A stretch of DNA of 16,164 nt, taken from Candidatus Bipolaricaulia bacterium (GTDB lineage Bacteria > Bipolaricaulota > Bipolaricaulia > RBG-16-55-9). The position numbers were made by a program, and so were the translations under genes. Below the pieces are notes generated by a model. The model saw only the letters and a list, made by a program, of their open reading frames with translations. It had not been told where the DNA came from and did not search any database. The first letter of the stretch is position 1; each line of letters begins with the position of its first letter. Below, in pieces: positions 1 through 10,660 of this stretch. The stretch spans positions 16,467 to 32,630 of the forward strand of contig JBDGQO010000066.1 in the NCBI GenBank assembly GCA_042219045.1, in the 5' to 3' direction.

Positions 1-336
1 GTCATGGATGCGCTCGACCTCGATCGCAAGCTGGCGTCATGTGATCTGGTCATCACGGGCGAGGGAACGATCGACGATCAGACGTTGCAGGGCAAGACGA
101 TCGGCGGCCTGGCGGATCGATGCCGGTCGGTCGGGCGTCCGCTCGTGGCGCTGTGCGGCAGCCACACGGGCGACCTCGCCGACCTTCAAGCCCAGGGGAT
201 TGACGCCATCTTCCCCATCATCTCCGGGCCCATCTCGCGCGACGCCGCCATGGCCGAAGCCGAGCGGAATCTGGCACAGACGGCGCAAAACGTCGCAGCC
301 TTGATCCGCGCTATTGCGACAACGGGCCCCCGCTGA
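1..336 (+). CDS. Glycerate kinase (GlxK/GarK family), 3' part; 5' end lies outside the window
   Basis: Frame open from base 1. C-terminal motifs DLVITGEGxxDxQTLxGK and GIDAIFPI..AM..A..NL..TA are typical of glycerate kinase family 1. Stop TGA at 334-336. Confidence 0.9.
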   Translation, partial: VMDALDLDRKLASCDLVITGEGTIDDQTLQGKTIGGLADRCRSVGRPLVALCGSHTGDLADLQAQGIDAIFPIISGPISRDAAMAEAERNLAQTAQNVAALIRAIATTGPR

Positions 337-409
337 GTCGAGCACGGGACGGCCAAGAATGGGCTTGACATCCGATGTTGCTGGTGCTTGGCGATCGGGG
401 GAGACGAGC

Positions 410-484
410 TGGAGCGGGCGACGGGATTCGAACCCGCGACCTTCGGCATGGCAAGCCGACGCTCTACCACTGAGCTACACCCGC
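410..484 (-). tRNA. tRNA-Gly(GCC)
   Basis: Reverse complement GCGGGTGTAGCTCAGTGGTAGAGCG-TCGGC-TT GCC AT-GCCGA-AGGTC-GCGGGTTCGAATCCCGT-CGCCCGC-T-CCA; U73 discriminator, CCA encoded. Confidence 0.97.
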
Positions 485-496
485 ATTCGGTTGGCG

Positions 497-525
497 ATTA
501 TAGGGTTGGACCGCCCATCGGTCAA
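497..525 (-). promoter_or_regulatory. sigma70-type promoter for tRNA-Gly(GCC)
   Basis: On the minus strand, TTGACC (525-520), 17-bp spacer, TATAAT (502-497), 12 nt before the tRNA 5' end. Confidence 0.8.
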
Positions 526-530
526 GCGGG

Positions 531-613
531 TGCGAAGGGGGGGACTCGAACCCCCACGGGCAAAGCCCACCGGCTCCTAAGGCCGACGCGTCTGCCAATT
601 CCGCCACCTTCGC
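531..613 (-). tRNA. tRNA-Leu(TAG)
   Basis: GCGAAGGTGGCGGAATTGGCAGACGCG-TCGGC-CT TAG GA-GCCGG, long variable arm TGGGCTTTGCCCGT, then GGGGGTTCGAGTCCCCC-CCTTCGC-A. A73 is followed by CCC, not CCA. Confidence 0.96.
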
Positions 614-689
614 GCAGAGGCGCTCATCCCGGAGTTGTCATTGTCGATGCGCGCGGCAATGAAAACGGCAGGCGGGATGGAGCGCCGGG

Positions 690-762
690 TACGCCCGGGA
701 GGACTCGAACCCCCAACCGACGGCTCCGAAGGCCGTTGCTCTTCCAATTGAGCTACGGGCGC
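690..762 (-). tRNA. tRNA-Arg(TCG)
   Basis: GCGCCCGTAGCTCAATTGGAAGAGCA-ACGGC-CT TCG GA-GCCGT-CGGTT-GGGGGTTCGAGTCCTCC-CGGGCGT-A. A20 Arg identity base, G1.U72 pair, followed by CCC rather than CCA. Confidence 0.95.
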
Positions 763-776
763 AGGTTGTCGTCCGT

Positions 777-805
777 ATGTTAGCCAGGGCTTTTCGCCGC
801 GTCAA
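777..805 (-). promoter_or_regulatory. sigma70-type promoter for tRNA-Arg(TCG), probably also tRNA-Leu
   Basis: On the minus strand, TTGACG (805-800), 17-bp spacer, TAACAT (782-777). Confidence 0.7.
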
Positions 806-895
806 CCCGACATCGCCGCACATCATCCAGAGAGGCGCCGACCCGTCTCAACGCTTGATTCGGCCCGCATGGCCCGTTAATTTGGATCGTTCACC

Positions 896-2893
896 ATGCC
901 CATGTCCAAGCCAAGCCGACGGCGTGTCGCCATTGAAGGCGTCCATCCGGAGATCAACGGCGGTCGTTTCCCCATCAAGCGGACGGTGGGCGAACGCGTC
1001 GTCGTCGAGGCCGACGTCTTTGCCGACGGGCATGACGTCCTGGCGGGGGTGCTGCTATATCGTCCCGCTGGACAATCGGACTGGCACCGAAGCACGCTGC
1101 AGCCCTTGGGCAACGACCGCTGGCGGGGCGAGTTCCGCGTCGCCGAGCTCGGCCCCTACGTCTACACCCTGGAGGCCTGGGTCGACCGGTTTGCCACCTG
1201 GCAGCGCGACCTCGCCAAGAAGGCCGACGCCGACCAGGACGTGAGGGTCGATCTGTTGGTGGGGGCTCAGCTGGTGGAAACTGCTGCAGGGCGTGCTGAC
1301 GGCGGCGATCAACGATCCTTGACGGACTGGGCCACGAAGCTGCGCGACGACGCGACGTCGCCGGCGGAGCGCGTCGCGGCGGCGCTCGACGACGAGTTAC
1401 ACGCGCTGATGAGCCGCTGCGCGGGGCCGACCGCCGCCACGCGCTATCCTCGGGAATTGACGGTCGTCGTCGACCGCGAGCGGGCCCGCTTCAGCGCCTG
1501 GTACGAGATGTTCCCGCGCTCGTGCGCGTCCGAACCGGGCCAACACGGCACGTTCGCGGACTGCGAAGCGCGGCTGCCGTACATCGCCGAGATGGGCTTC
1601 GACGTCCTCTACCTCCCGCCGATCCATCCCATCGGCACGACCCATCGGAAAGGCCCCAACAACGCGCCGGAGGCCGGTCCCTCCGATCCCGGTAGCCCCT
1701 GGGCGATCGGCTCATCCGAAGGGGGGCACAAGGCCGTCCATCCCGATCTCGGCACGGTCGAGGACTTCCGACGGTTCGTCGACCGGGCCAACGACTATGG
1801 CTTGGAGGTCGCGCTCGACGTCGCGTTCCAGTGCTCGCCCGATCACCCCTGGGTGAGCGAGCACCCGGAGTGGTTCTGCACCCGGCCTGACGGCACCATC
1901 CAGCACGCGGAAAATCCCCCGAAAAAGTACGAGGACATTTACCCGCTCAACTTCGAAACCGAGGACTGGGCCAATCTGTGGCGCGAGCTGAAGCGCGTGT
2001 TTGAGTTCTGGATCGAGCAGGGGATCAAGATCTTCCGCGTGGACAACCCGCACACGAAGCCCTTCCCGTTCTGGGAATGGCTCATCGACGAGCTGAAAAG
2101 CGATCATCCCGACCTCATCCTGCTCGCCGAGGCGTTCACGCGCCCGAAGGTCATGTACCGCTTGGCCAAGCTCGGGTTCACCCAGTCCTACACCTACTTC
2201 GCCTGGCGCAACACCCGCGAGGAGCTCGAACGCTACTTCCACGAGCTCACCCAGACGGAGGTCCGCGAGTTCTTCCGACCGAACCTCTGGCCCAACACGC
2301 CGGATATCCTGACGGAATACCTCCAAAATGGGGGACGTCCTGCGTTCGTCGCTCGGTTGGTGCTGGCGGCCACGCTCGGCGCCAGCTACGGGATCTACGG
2401 GCCGCCGTTCGAGCTGGGCGAGAACGTTCCGCGCGAGCCCGGCAGCGAGGAATACCGCCATTCCGAGAAATACGAGATCCGCGACTGGGACCTGGACGCC
2501 CCGCACAGCCTCCGCCCGCTGATTGCCCGCATCAACGAGATCCGTCGGGCCAACGCCGCCCTGCAAAGCAACCATTCCTTGCGCTTCCATCCCGTGGACA
2601 ACGACCAGCTCGTTTGTTACAGCAAGCAGAGCGACGACGGCGCGAACACGATCATCGTCGCCGTCAACCTCGACCCGCACCATACGCAAGCGGGCATGGT
2701 GGATCTGTCGCTGGACGAACTCGGCATCGACGGCGAGGAACCTTATCAGGTCCACGACCTGTTGGGCGAGGCACGCTACACCTGGCAGGGCAGCCCCAAC
2801 TACGTCGAGCTCGACCCCAACGTTGTCCCGGCCCACGTCTTCCGCGTGCGCCATCGCGCCCGCTCGGAAGCGGACTTCGAGTACTACGTCTGA
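896..2893 (+). CDS. glgE: Alpha-1,4-glucan:maltose-1-phosphate maltosyltransferase GlgE (GH13_3)
   Basis: 665 aa. N-terminal [29 protein letters not shown], plus [30 protein letters not shown], catalytic RVDNPHTKP and AEAFT, NTPDIL. Start may be 896 or 902. Confidence 0.96.
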   Translation: MPMSKPSRRRVAIEGVHPEINGGRFPIKRTVGERVVVEADVFADGHDVLAGVLLYRPAGQSDWHRSTLQPLGNDRWRGEFRVAELGPYVYTLEAWVDRFATWQRDLAKKADADQDVRVDLLVGAQLVETAAGRADGGDQRSLTDWATKLRDDATSPAERVAAALDDELHALMSRCAGPTAATRYPRELTVVVDRERARFSAWYEMFPRSCASEPGQHGTFADCEARLPYIAEMGFDVLYLPPIHPIGTTHRKGPNNAPEAGPSDPGSPWAIGSSEGGHKAVHPDLGTVEDFRRFVDRANDYGLEVALDVAFQCSPDHPWVSEHPEWFCTRPDGTIQHAENPPKKYEDIYPLNFETEDWANLWRELKRVFEFWIEQGIKIFRVDNPHTKPFPFWEWLIDELKSDHPDLILLAEAFTRPKVMYRLAKLGFTQSYTYFAWRNTREELERYFHELTQTEVREFFRPNLWPNTPDILTEYLQNGGRPAFVARLVLAATLGASYGIYGPPFELGENVPREPGSEEYRHSEKYEIRDWDLDAPHSLRPLIARINEIRRANAALQSNHSLRFHPVDNDQLVCYSKQSDDGANTIIVAVNLDPHHTQAGMVDLSLDELGIDGEEPYQVHDLLGEARYTWQGSPNYVELDPNVVPAHVFRVRHRARSEADFEYYV

Positions 2894-2900
2894 GGCGTTC

Positions 2901-6293
<3,393 letters not shown>

Positions 6294-6338
6294 CCTCCGT
6301 CGCTGAGAACGGCTCCCGTTCTCGCTAGGGTGAATGCC

Positions 6339-8267
6339 ATGGCCGCATCATCGAAACGGGCGCTTGCGACCTCGCCGTTGAGCGAAGAAGACCTCCACTG
6401 GTTCAACGAGGGCACGCACACCCAGCTTTATGACAAACTTGGGGCCCATCTGGTCAGAAGCGATGGCGGCCATGAGGGCGTCCACTTCGCCGTCTGGGCT
6501 CCCAACGCGGCTTCCGTGTCGGTTATCGGCGACGTCAACGATTGGGACCCCACGGCCCACCCGCTGCAGCCGCGCGGCGCATCCGGCATTTGGGAGGGGT
6601 TCCTGCCGGAGGCGACCAAGGGCAGTGTCTACAAGTACCACATTCGGTCCCGAGGCGATGGCCATCGCGTGGACAAGACCGATCCCTACGGCTTCACGCA
6701 CGAAGTGCCCCCGCGACAGGCATCGATCGTCTGGGATCTCCCCTACGATTGGCAGGACGACGAGTGGCTCCGAGAGCGCGGCGATCGACATGCGCTCGAG
6801 GCGCCCATGTCGATCTACGAGGTCCATCTCGGCTCGTGGATGCGCGTGCCCGAAGAGGACAACCGCATGCTCACCTACCGGGAGCTCGCGCCGCGCTTGG
6901 CCGACTACGTGGCCGAGAGAGGCTTCACGCACGTCGAGCTGATGCCCGTCACAGAACATCCGTTCTACGGCTCGTGGGGCTATCAAGTGACGGGTTACTT
7001 TGCCCCGACCAGCCGCTACGGGACGCCGCAGGACTTCATGTATTTCGTGGACTATCTCCACCAAGCCGGAATCGGCGTGATCCTCGACTGGGTTCCGTCC
7101 CATTTTCCCACCGACGAACATGGGCTCGCTTACTTCGACGGCACGCACCTCTACGAGCACGCCGACCCGCGCCAGGGGTACCATCCCGACTGGGACAGCT
7201 TCATCTTCAACTACGGCCGCAACGAGGTCCGCTCGTTCCTGTTGAGCAGCGCCCACTTCTGGCTGGATCACTACCACATCGACGGGCTCCGGGTGGACGC
7301 CGTCGCCTCCATGCTCTATCTGGACTACTCCCGCGAGGGCGAGGACTGGATCCCCAACGAGCACGGCACCAACGAGAACCTCCAAGCCATCTCGTTTCTG
7401 CGTCAGCTGAACGAGACCGTCTATGAACGACATCCTGACGTGCAGATGATCGCCGAGGAGTCCACGTCGTGGCCGATGGTGTCGCGCCCGACTTACGTGG
7501 GCGGCCTCGGCTTCGGCCTCAAATGGGACATGGGCTGGATGCACGACGCGCTCCAGTACTTCCAGCGAGACCCGATCCATCGCCCCTATCACCACGACGA
7601 CCTGACCTTCCGCATGATCTACGCCTTCGACGAGAACTTCGTCCTTCCGCTCTCGCACGACGAGGTCGTCCACGGGAAGGGCTCGATTCTGGGGAAGATG
7701 CCGGGCGACGCGTGGCAACAGTTCGCCAATTTGCGCTTGCTCTATGGGACGATGTTCACCCAGCCGGGCAAGAAGCTCTTGTTCATGGGCGATGAGTTCG
7801 GGCAGGGCCACGAATGGGACCATTCGAGCAGCCTGGATTGGCACCAGCTGAACGACCCCCAACACAAGGGCATTCAGCGTTGGGTCGACGACCTGAATCG
7901 TTGCTATCGGCGCGAGGCGGCGCTGCACGCGCTCGACTGTCACCCGCGCGGCTTCGCCTGGATCGCGGCCGACGACGCCGACAACTGCGTCGTGGCCTAT
8001 CTCCGCCTAGCCCCGTCCGACGACATTCCGCCCATTCTGGTCGTTGCCAACTACACGCCCGAGCCGCGTGCCAACTATCGCGTCGGCGTCCCGACCTCGG
8101 GCCGCTGGGTCGAGATCCTGAACAGCGACGCGCCCGAATACGGCGGCACCGGCCAGGGCAACCTTGGTGGCGTCGACACGACGCCGATCCCGTATCACGG
8201 CTATCACCAGTCGCTCATCCTGACGCTTCCGCCGCTCGGCATGCTCCTCTTCAAGCCCTCGATATGA
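6339..8267 (+). CDS. glgB: 1,4-alpha-glucan branching enzyme GlgB (GH13_9, short N-terminus)
   Basis: Motifs [68 protein letters not shown]. Start is ATG 6339 or GTG 6330. Confidence 0.96.
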   Translation: MAASSKRALATSPLSEEDLHWFNEGTHTQLYDKLGAHLVRSDGGHEGVHFAVWAPNAASVSVIGDVNDWDPTAHPLQPRGASGIWEGFLPEATKGSVYKYHIRSRGDGHRVDKTDPYGFTHEVPPRQASIVWDLPYDWQDDEWLRERGDRHALEAPMSIYEVHLGSWMRVPEEDNRMLTYRELAPRLADYVAERGFTHVELMPVTEHPFYGSWGYQVTGYFAPTSRYGTPQDFMYFVDYLHQAGIGVILDWVPSHFPTDEHGLAYFDGTHLYEHADPRQGYHPDWDSFIFNYGRNEVRSFLLSSAHFWLDHYHIDGLRVDAVASMLYLDYSREGEDWIPNEHGTNENLQAISFLRQLNETVYERHPDVQMIAEESTSWPMVSRPTYVGGLGFGLKWDMGWMHDALQYFQRDPIHRPYHHDDLTFRMIYAFDENFVLPLSHDEVVHGKGSILGKMPGDAWQQFANLRLLYGTMFTQPGKKLLFMGDEFGQGHEWDHSSSLDWHQLNDPQHKGIQRWVDDLNRCYRREAALHALDCHPRGFAWIAADDADNCVVAYLRLAPSDDIPPILVVANYTPEPRANYRVGVPTSGRWVEILNSDAPEYGGTGQGNLGGVDTTPIPYHGYHQSLILTLPPLGMLLFKPSI

Positions 8268-8365
8268 ACCGTGCTGCTCGCCGACACCGTGTAAGCCGGC
8301 TTACCGACCGTTAGCCTGGAGCTCGATAAGATGAATATCACGTCAGTCCACTTCGGGAGGTCGCC

Positions 8366-8956
8366 ATGAATCTTGGACAACTGGTGGAGAAGCCGTGGTT
8401 CTGGCCGGTGGTGGGCGGCGGGCTCATCCTGCTCATCGTCGCCATGGTGCTCGTCGAGACAATGGACCCGTTCGAATCGGAGCCGACGACGCTCAGCATG
8501 TCCGATTTGCCGTCCAGCGGGGACTCGGCCCTGCTTCAGGAGGTGCAATCGTTCGAGTCCCGAGGACGGGACCACGTGTCAACGGGCGCAGAGCTCAGCT
8601 ACGCGCAGACGCCCCCGACCTCCGGCACGCACTACGGACGCGCCATCCCGGCCGGGTTCTACACCTCGGAACAGCCGTACGGTGGTCTCGTCCATAGCCT
8701 GGAGCACGGCGCCGTCGTGATCTACTACGCAGATGGCGTTTCCGATTCGACTCGATCCGAACTGGAGCGACTTGCGGGCGGCTATCAAAACCCTTGGGCC
8801 AGCGTCCTTGCCGTGCCCCAGCCGGAGTCGTTCGGCGCGCCGCTCGTGCTTACGGCCTGGCAGGCTCGACTCGACCTGTCGAGCTACAACGACGAGGCCA
8901 TCCAGGCGTTTCTCGCGGAGTATCTAGGCCGCGGCCCGGAAAACCCGGTCCGATAG
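8366..8956 (+). CDS. DUF3105-family membrane-anchored protein
   Basis: GGGAGG RBS. N-terminal transmembrane helix (WFWPVVGGGLILLIVAMVLV). Motifs Y..TPPTSGTHY, VHSLEHGAVVIYY, LTAW and C-terminal GPE are characteristic of DUF3105. Confidence 0.85.
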   Translation: MNLGQLVEKPWFWPVVGGGLILLIVAMVLVETMDPFESEPTTLSMSDLPSSGDSALLQEVQSFESRGRDHVSTGAELSYAQTPPTSGTHYGRAIPAGFYTSEQPYGGLVHSLEHGAVVIYYADGVSDSTRSELERLAGGYQNPWASVLAVPQPESFGAPLVLTAWQARLDLSSYNDEAIQAFLAEYLGRGPENPVR

Positions 8957-8985
8957 CTCGACGTGAGGGGGAGAACTCCGAAGGG

Positions 8986-9062
8986 TGGGAGGGATGACGG
9001 GAATTGAACCCGCAGCCTTCGCCTCCACAGGGCGACGCTCTGTCCATTGAGCTACATCCCTC
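8986..9062 (-). tRNA. tRNA-His(GTG) with encoded G-1
   Basis: G-AGGGATG-TAGCTCAATGGACAGAGCG-TCGCC-CT GTG GA-GGCGA-AGGCT-GCGGGTTCAATTCCCGT-CATCCCT-C-CCA; G-1:C73 His identity pair present. Confidence 0.95.
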
Positions 9063-9074
9063 ACGCTCACGGGA

Positions 9075-9103
9075 ATCATACCACACGGTCTCGAGGGCAA
9101 CAA
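9075..9103 (-). promoter_or_regulatory. Extended -10 promoter for tRNA-His
   Basis: On the minus strand, TG-G-TATGAT (9083-9075), with TTGTTG (9103-9098) at 17-bp spacing. Confidence 0.6.
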
Positions 9104-9138
9104 CGATGGCTCAATGTTGTGGGCAACGGCGGCTGGCG

Positions 9139-9213
9139 TGGCACGCCCGGCAGGGCTCGAACCTGCAACCTGCGGCTTAGAAGGCCGCTGCTCTTCCGTT
9201 GAGCTACGGGCGC
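9139..9213 (-). tRNA. tRNA-Arg(TCT)
   Basis: GCGCCCGTAGCTCAACGGAAGAGCA-GCGGC-CT TCT AA-GCCGC-AGGTT-GCAGGTTCGAGCCCTGC-CGGGCGT-G-CCA; A20, G1.U72. Confidence 0.96.
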
Positions 9214-9224
9214 ATTGGAATGGG

Positions 9225-9253
9225 ATTCTACCGAGGAACCTCAGCCGCGTCAA
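9225..9253 (-). promoter_or_regulatory. sigma70-type promoter for tRNA-Arg(TCT)
   Basis: On the minus strand, TTGACG (9253-9248), 17-bp spacer, TAGAAT (9230-9225). Confidence 0.78.
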
Positions 9254-9347
9254 GACACATGTCACGCTCCTTGCCGACGTCCGCGCCCGCTGCATTTGGG
9301 TTTGGGCCAACTGTCAGATAGATTGTGGAGAACAACTGAGCTCGGGG

Positions 9348-9785
9348 ATGACCACGTTGGCCATGCAGATGCCCCAAGAAGAGCGCCTGTTTGACGAATA
9401 TCAGCGCGACAAGGTTGCGCTCCGTTTGACCCAGCACCGACTGATCGTCGAGGGGCCGTCGCCCAAGCTGCTCGGCGGACGAACCTCGCAGACCACCATG
9501 TTCATCGGCGACATCGACGCGATTGAACGAGACGTCGAGGGGCATGACGGCCTGGCCGTGTTGGCGATCGGGGTCTTTTCGCTGTCGTGGCTCTCCCAGG
9601 ACGGTCGGCTTCCGCTGCTGGTGATCGCCTTGGCGCTGATCGTGGCGTTTATGATGACTCGGCGCGCCAGCGTCGTCTTCCATGCGGGCACCGCGCGCGC
9701 CGCGATCGAATATTCCGGCGAGGAAGACCCGGAGCTTGAAAGGTTCCTGGACTCAGTGGAACAGATGCGAGCACGGCATCTTTAG
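9348..9785 (+). CDS. Hypothetical membrane protein (~140 aa, two central hydrophobic helices)
   Basis: 3' part of ORF 9114..9785, whose 5' part overlaps the tRNA and its promoter. ATG options are 9348, 9363 or 9369. Beta-rich LRLTQHRLIVE..TMFIGDIDAIE segment, TM hairpin GLAVLAIGVFSLSWL / LPLLVIALALIVAFMM, and a C-terminal amphipathic helix. Confidence 0.7.
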   Translation: MTTLAMQMPQEERLFDEYQRDKVALRLTQHRLIVEGPSPKLLGGRTSQTTMFIGDIDAIERDVEGHDGLAVLAIGVFSLSWLSQDGRLPLLVIALALIVAFMMTRRASVVFHAGTARAAIEYSGEEDPELERFLDSVEQMRARHL

Positions 9786-9854
9786 GGCCCGAACGGGCCG
9801 TCAGCCGTTCGGCGATGGGGCACAAAGTCGATAATCGACCCCGATTATCCGATG

Positions 9855-9882
9855 TTGAAGCCCAGCGCTGCTGGGTTACCAT
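9855..9882 (+). promoter_or_regulatory. Putative sigma70 promoter for ORF 9904..10155
   Basis: TTGAAG (9855-9860), 16-bp spacer, TACCAT (9877-9882), followed by an AAGGGAG RBS. Confidence 0.45.
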
Positions 9883-9903
9883 GGAAGCAAGAAGGGAGTC
9901 TCT

Positions 9904-10155
9904 ATGGATCCAGAGAAGCTTGATGACGTCATCGAATCGCTCAAAGAGGGAACGGCGCAGCGCCTTGAGTACAGCGACGTGCATCCCCTTGTATCGTCCG
10001 CTCTGTCCGAGCGAGCCCTTGAGGCCGCGCGCTCGGCATTCGAGAACGCCCAAGACGTGGACGAGGAGAGCCTAGCCCAACTGATCAGCGTCTACGTGGC
10101 CGGTTACTCCCAGGGCTGGCTGGATCTCAGCCAGATTCACACATCCGAGAACTGA
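9904..10155 (+). CDS. Small acidic helical hypothetical protein (83 aa)
   Basis: Good RBS (AAGAAGGGAG) 5 nt before ATG; 17 D/E versus 5 K/R by hand count; no recognisable motif. Confidence 0.75.
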   Translation: MDPEKLDDVIESLKEGTAQRLEYSDVHPLVSSALSERALEAARSAFENAQDVDEESLAQLISVYVAGYSQGWLDLSQIHTSEN

Positions 10156-10180
10156 GGCCGACAATCGCGACATTTCCGAT

Positions 10181-10220
10181 CGGATTGGCGCAAGGGGGCG
10201 GCCCCTTGCGCACCAATCCG
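10181..10220. terminator. Strong GC-rich hairpin between convergent transcription units (possible terminator or processing stem)
   Basis: CGGATTGG-CGCAAGGGG-gcgg-CCCCTTGCG-ca-CCAATCCG: 17 bp with a 2-nt bulge; no clear U-tract on either strand. Confidence 0.5.
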
Positions 10221-10223
10221 TGA

Positions 10224-10435
10224 CGCGATGGGCCGGTCCGTCGGTCGGGCCCCAACACCCGACCGACACGGAGCGAAGCCCCCTCAACGGGACTAGCTAG
10301 AGGGGCCGAAGCGTGTGCGAACCGTCGCTTCGGCCCCTTTCCGTTCCCGGCATCTGTGTCCATCGCGGAAGCAAGCCGACGTGATCCGGGGCAGCCAGCG
10401 CCAGGTCGCGTTTCGCAACGGCATTGGCGCCTGCC
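10224..10435. ncRNA. Candidate structured non-coding RNA or element of unknown family
   Basis: Nested helices 10224-31/10360-67, 10232-36/10347-51, 10240-49/10258-67, 10286-90/10341-45 and 10301-13/10326-38, plus hairpin 10390-10435; no credible ORF. Confidence 0.45.
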
Positions 10436-10475
10436 TGATAGCGCCGAGGATTGCAGGCCAAACGAGGGGAGATCT

Positions 10476-10550
10476 TGGAGCGGATGACGGGAATCGAACC
10501 CGCAACCTTCGGCTTGGAAGGCCGACGCTCTACCATTGAGCTACATCCGC
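10476..10550 (-). tRNA. tRNA-Gly(TCC)
   Basis: GCGGATGTAGCTCAATGGTAGAGCG-TCGGC-CT TCC AA-GCCGA-AGGTT-GCGGGTTCGATTCCCGT-CATCCGC-T-CCA. Confidence 0.97.
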
Positions 10551-10563
10551 AATGGCGTGGCTT

Positions 10564-10641
10564 TGGTCGGAGAGGCCGGATTCGAACCGGCGACCTCGGC
10601 GTCCCGAACGCCGCGCGCTAGCCAGACTGCGCCACTCTCCG
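10564..10641 (-). tRNA. tRNA-Pro(CGG)
   Basis: CGGAGAGTGGCGCAGTCTGGCTAGCGCG-CGGCG-TT CGG GA-CGCCG-AGGTC-GCCGGTTCGAATCCGGC-CTCTCCG-A-CCA; C1:G72, A73. Confidence 0.97.
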
Positions 10642-10660
10642 AAGGGGAACGTCGAGGCGT

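Noticed and set aside
186..826. Short ORFs across the first tRNA cluster (also 8850-9310, 10297-10767, 12596-12793 and the 12663 start)
   Set aside because: They are translations of tRNA genes.
2523..2900. 126-codon N-terminal extension of TreS in the ORF track
   Set aside because: Overlaps glgE in another frame with S/T/R-rich off-frame composition; the real start is ATG 2901 with an RBS. No slippery site suggesting a GlgE-TreS frameshift fusion was seen.
10305..10338. Resemblance of AAGCGTGTGCG..GTCGC..TTCGG to group II intron domain V
   Set aside because: The 3' strand with the AC/AY bulge and CGGTTC is missing, the pairing register differs, and no domain VI or RT gene is present.
10127..10363. 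78-aa minus-strand ORF in the structured region
   Set aside because: No RBS, G/P/R-rich random-like composition, and it overlaps the convergent ORF.
8990..10504. Near-direct repeat GGATGACGGGAAT(T/C)GAACCCGCA as attL/attR
   Set aside because: Both copies are inside complete tRNA genes (His and Gly); treated as tRNA paralogy instead.
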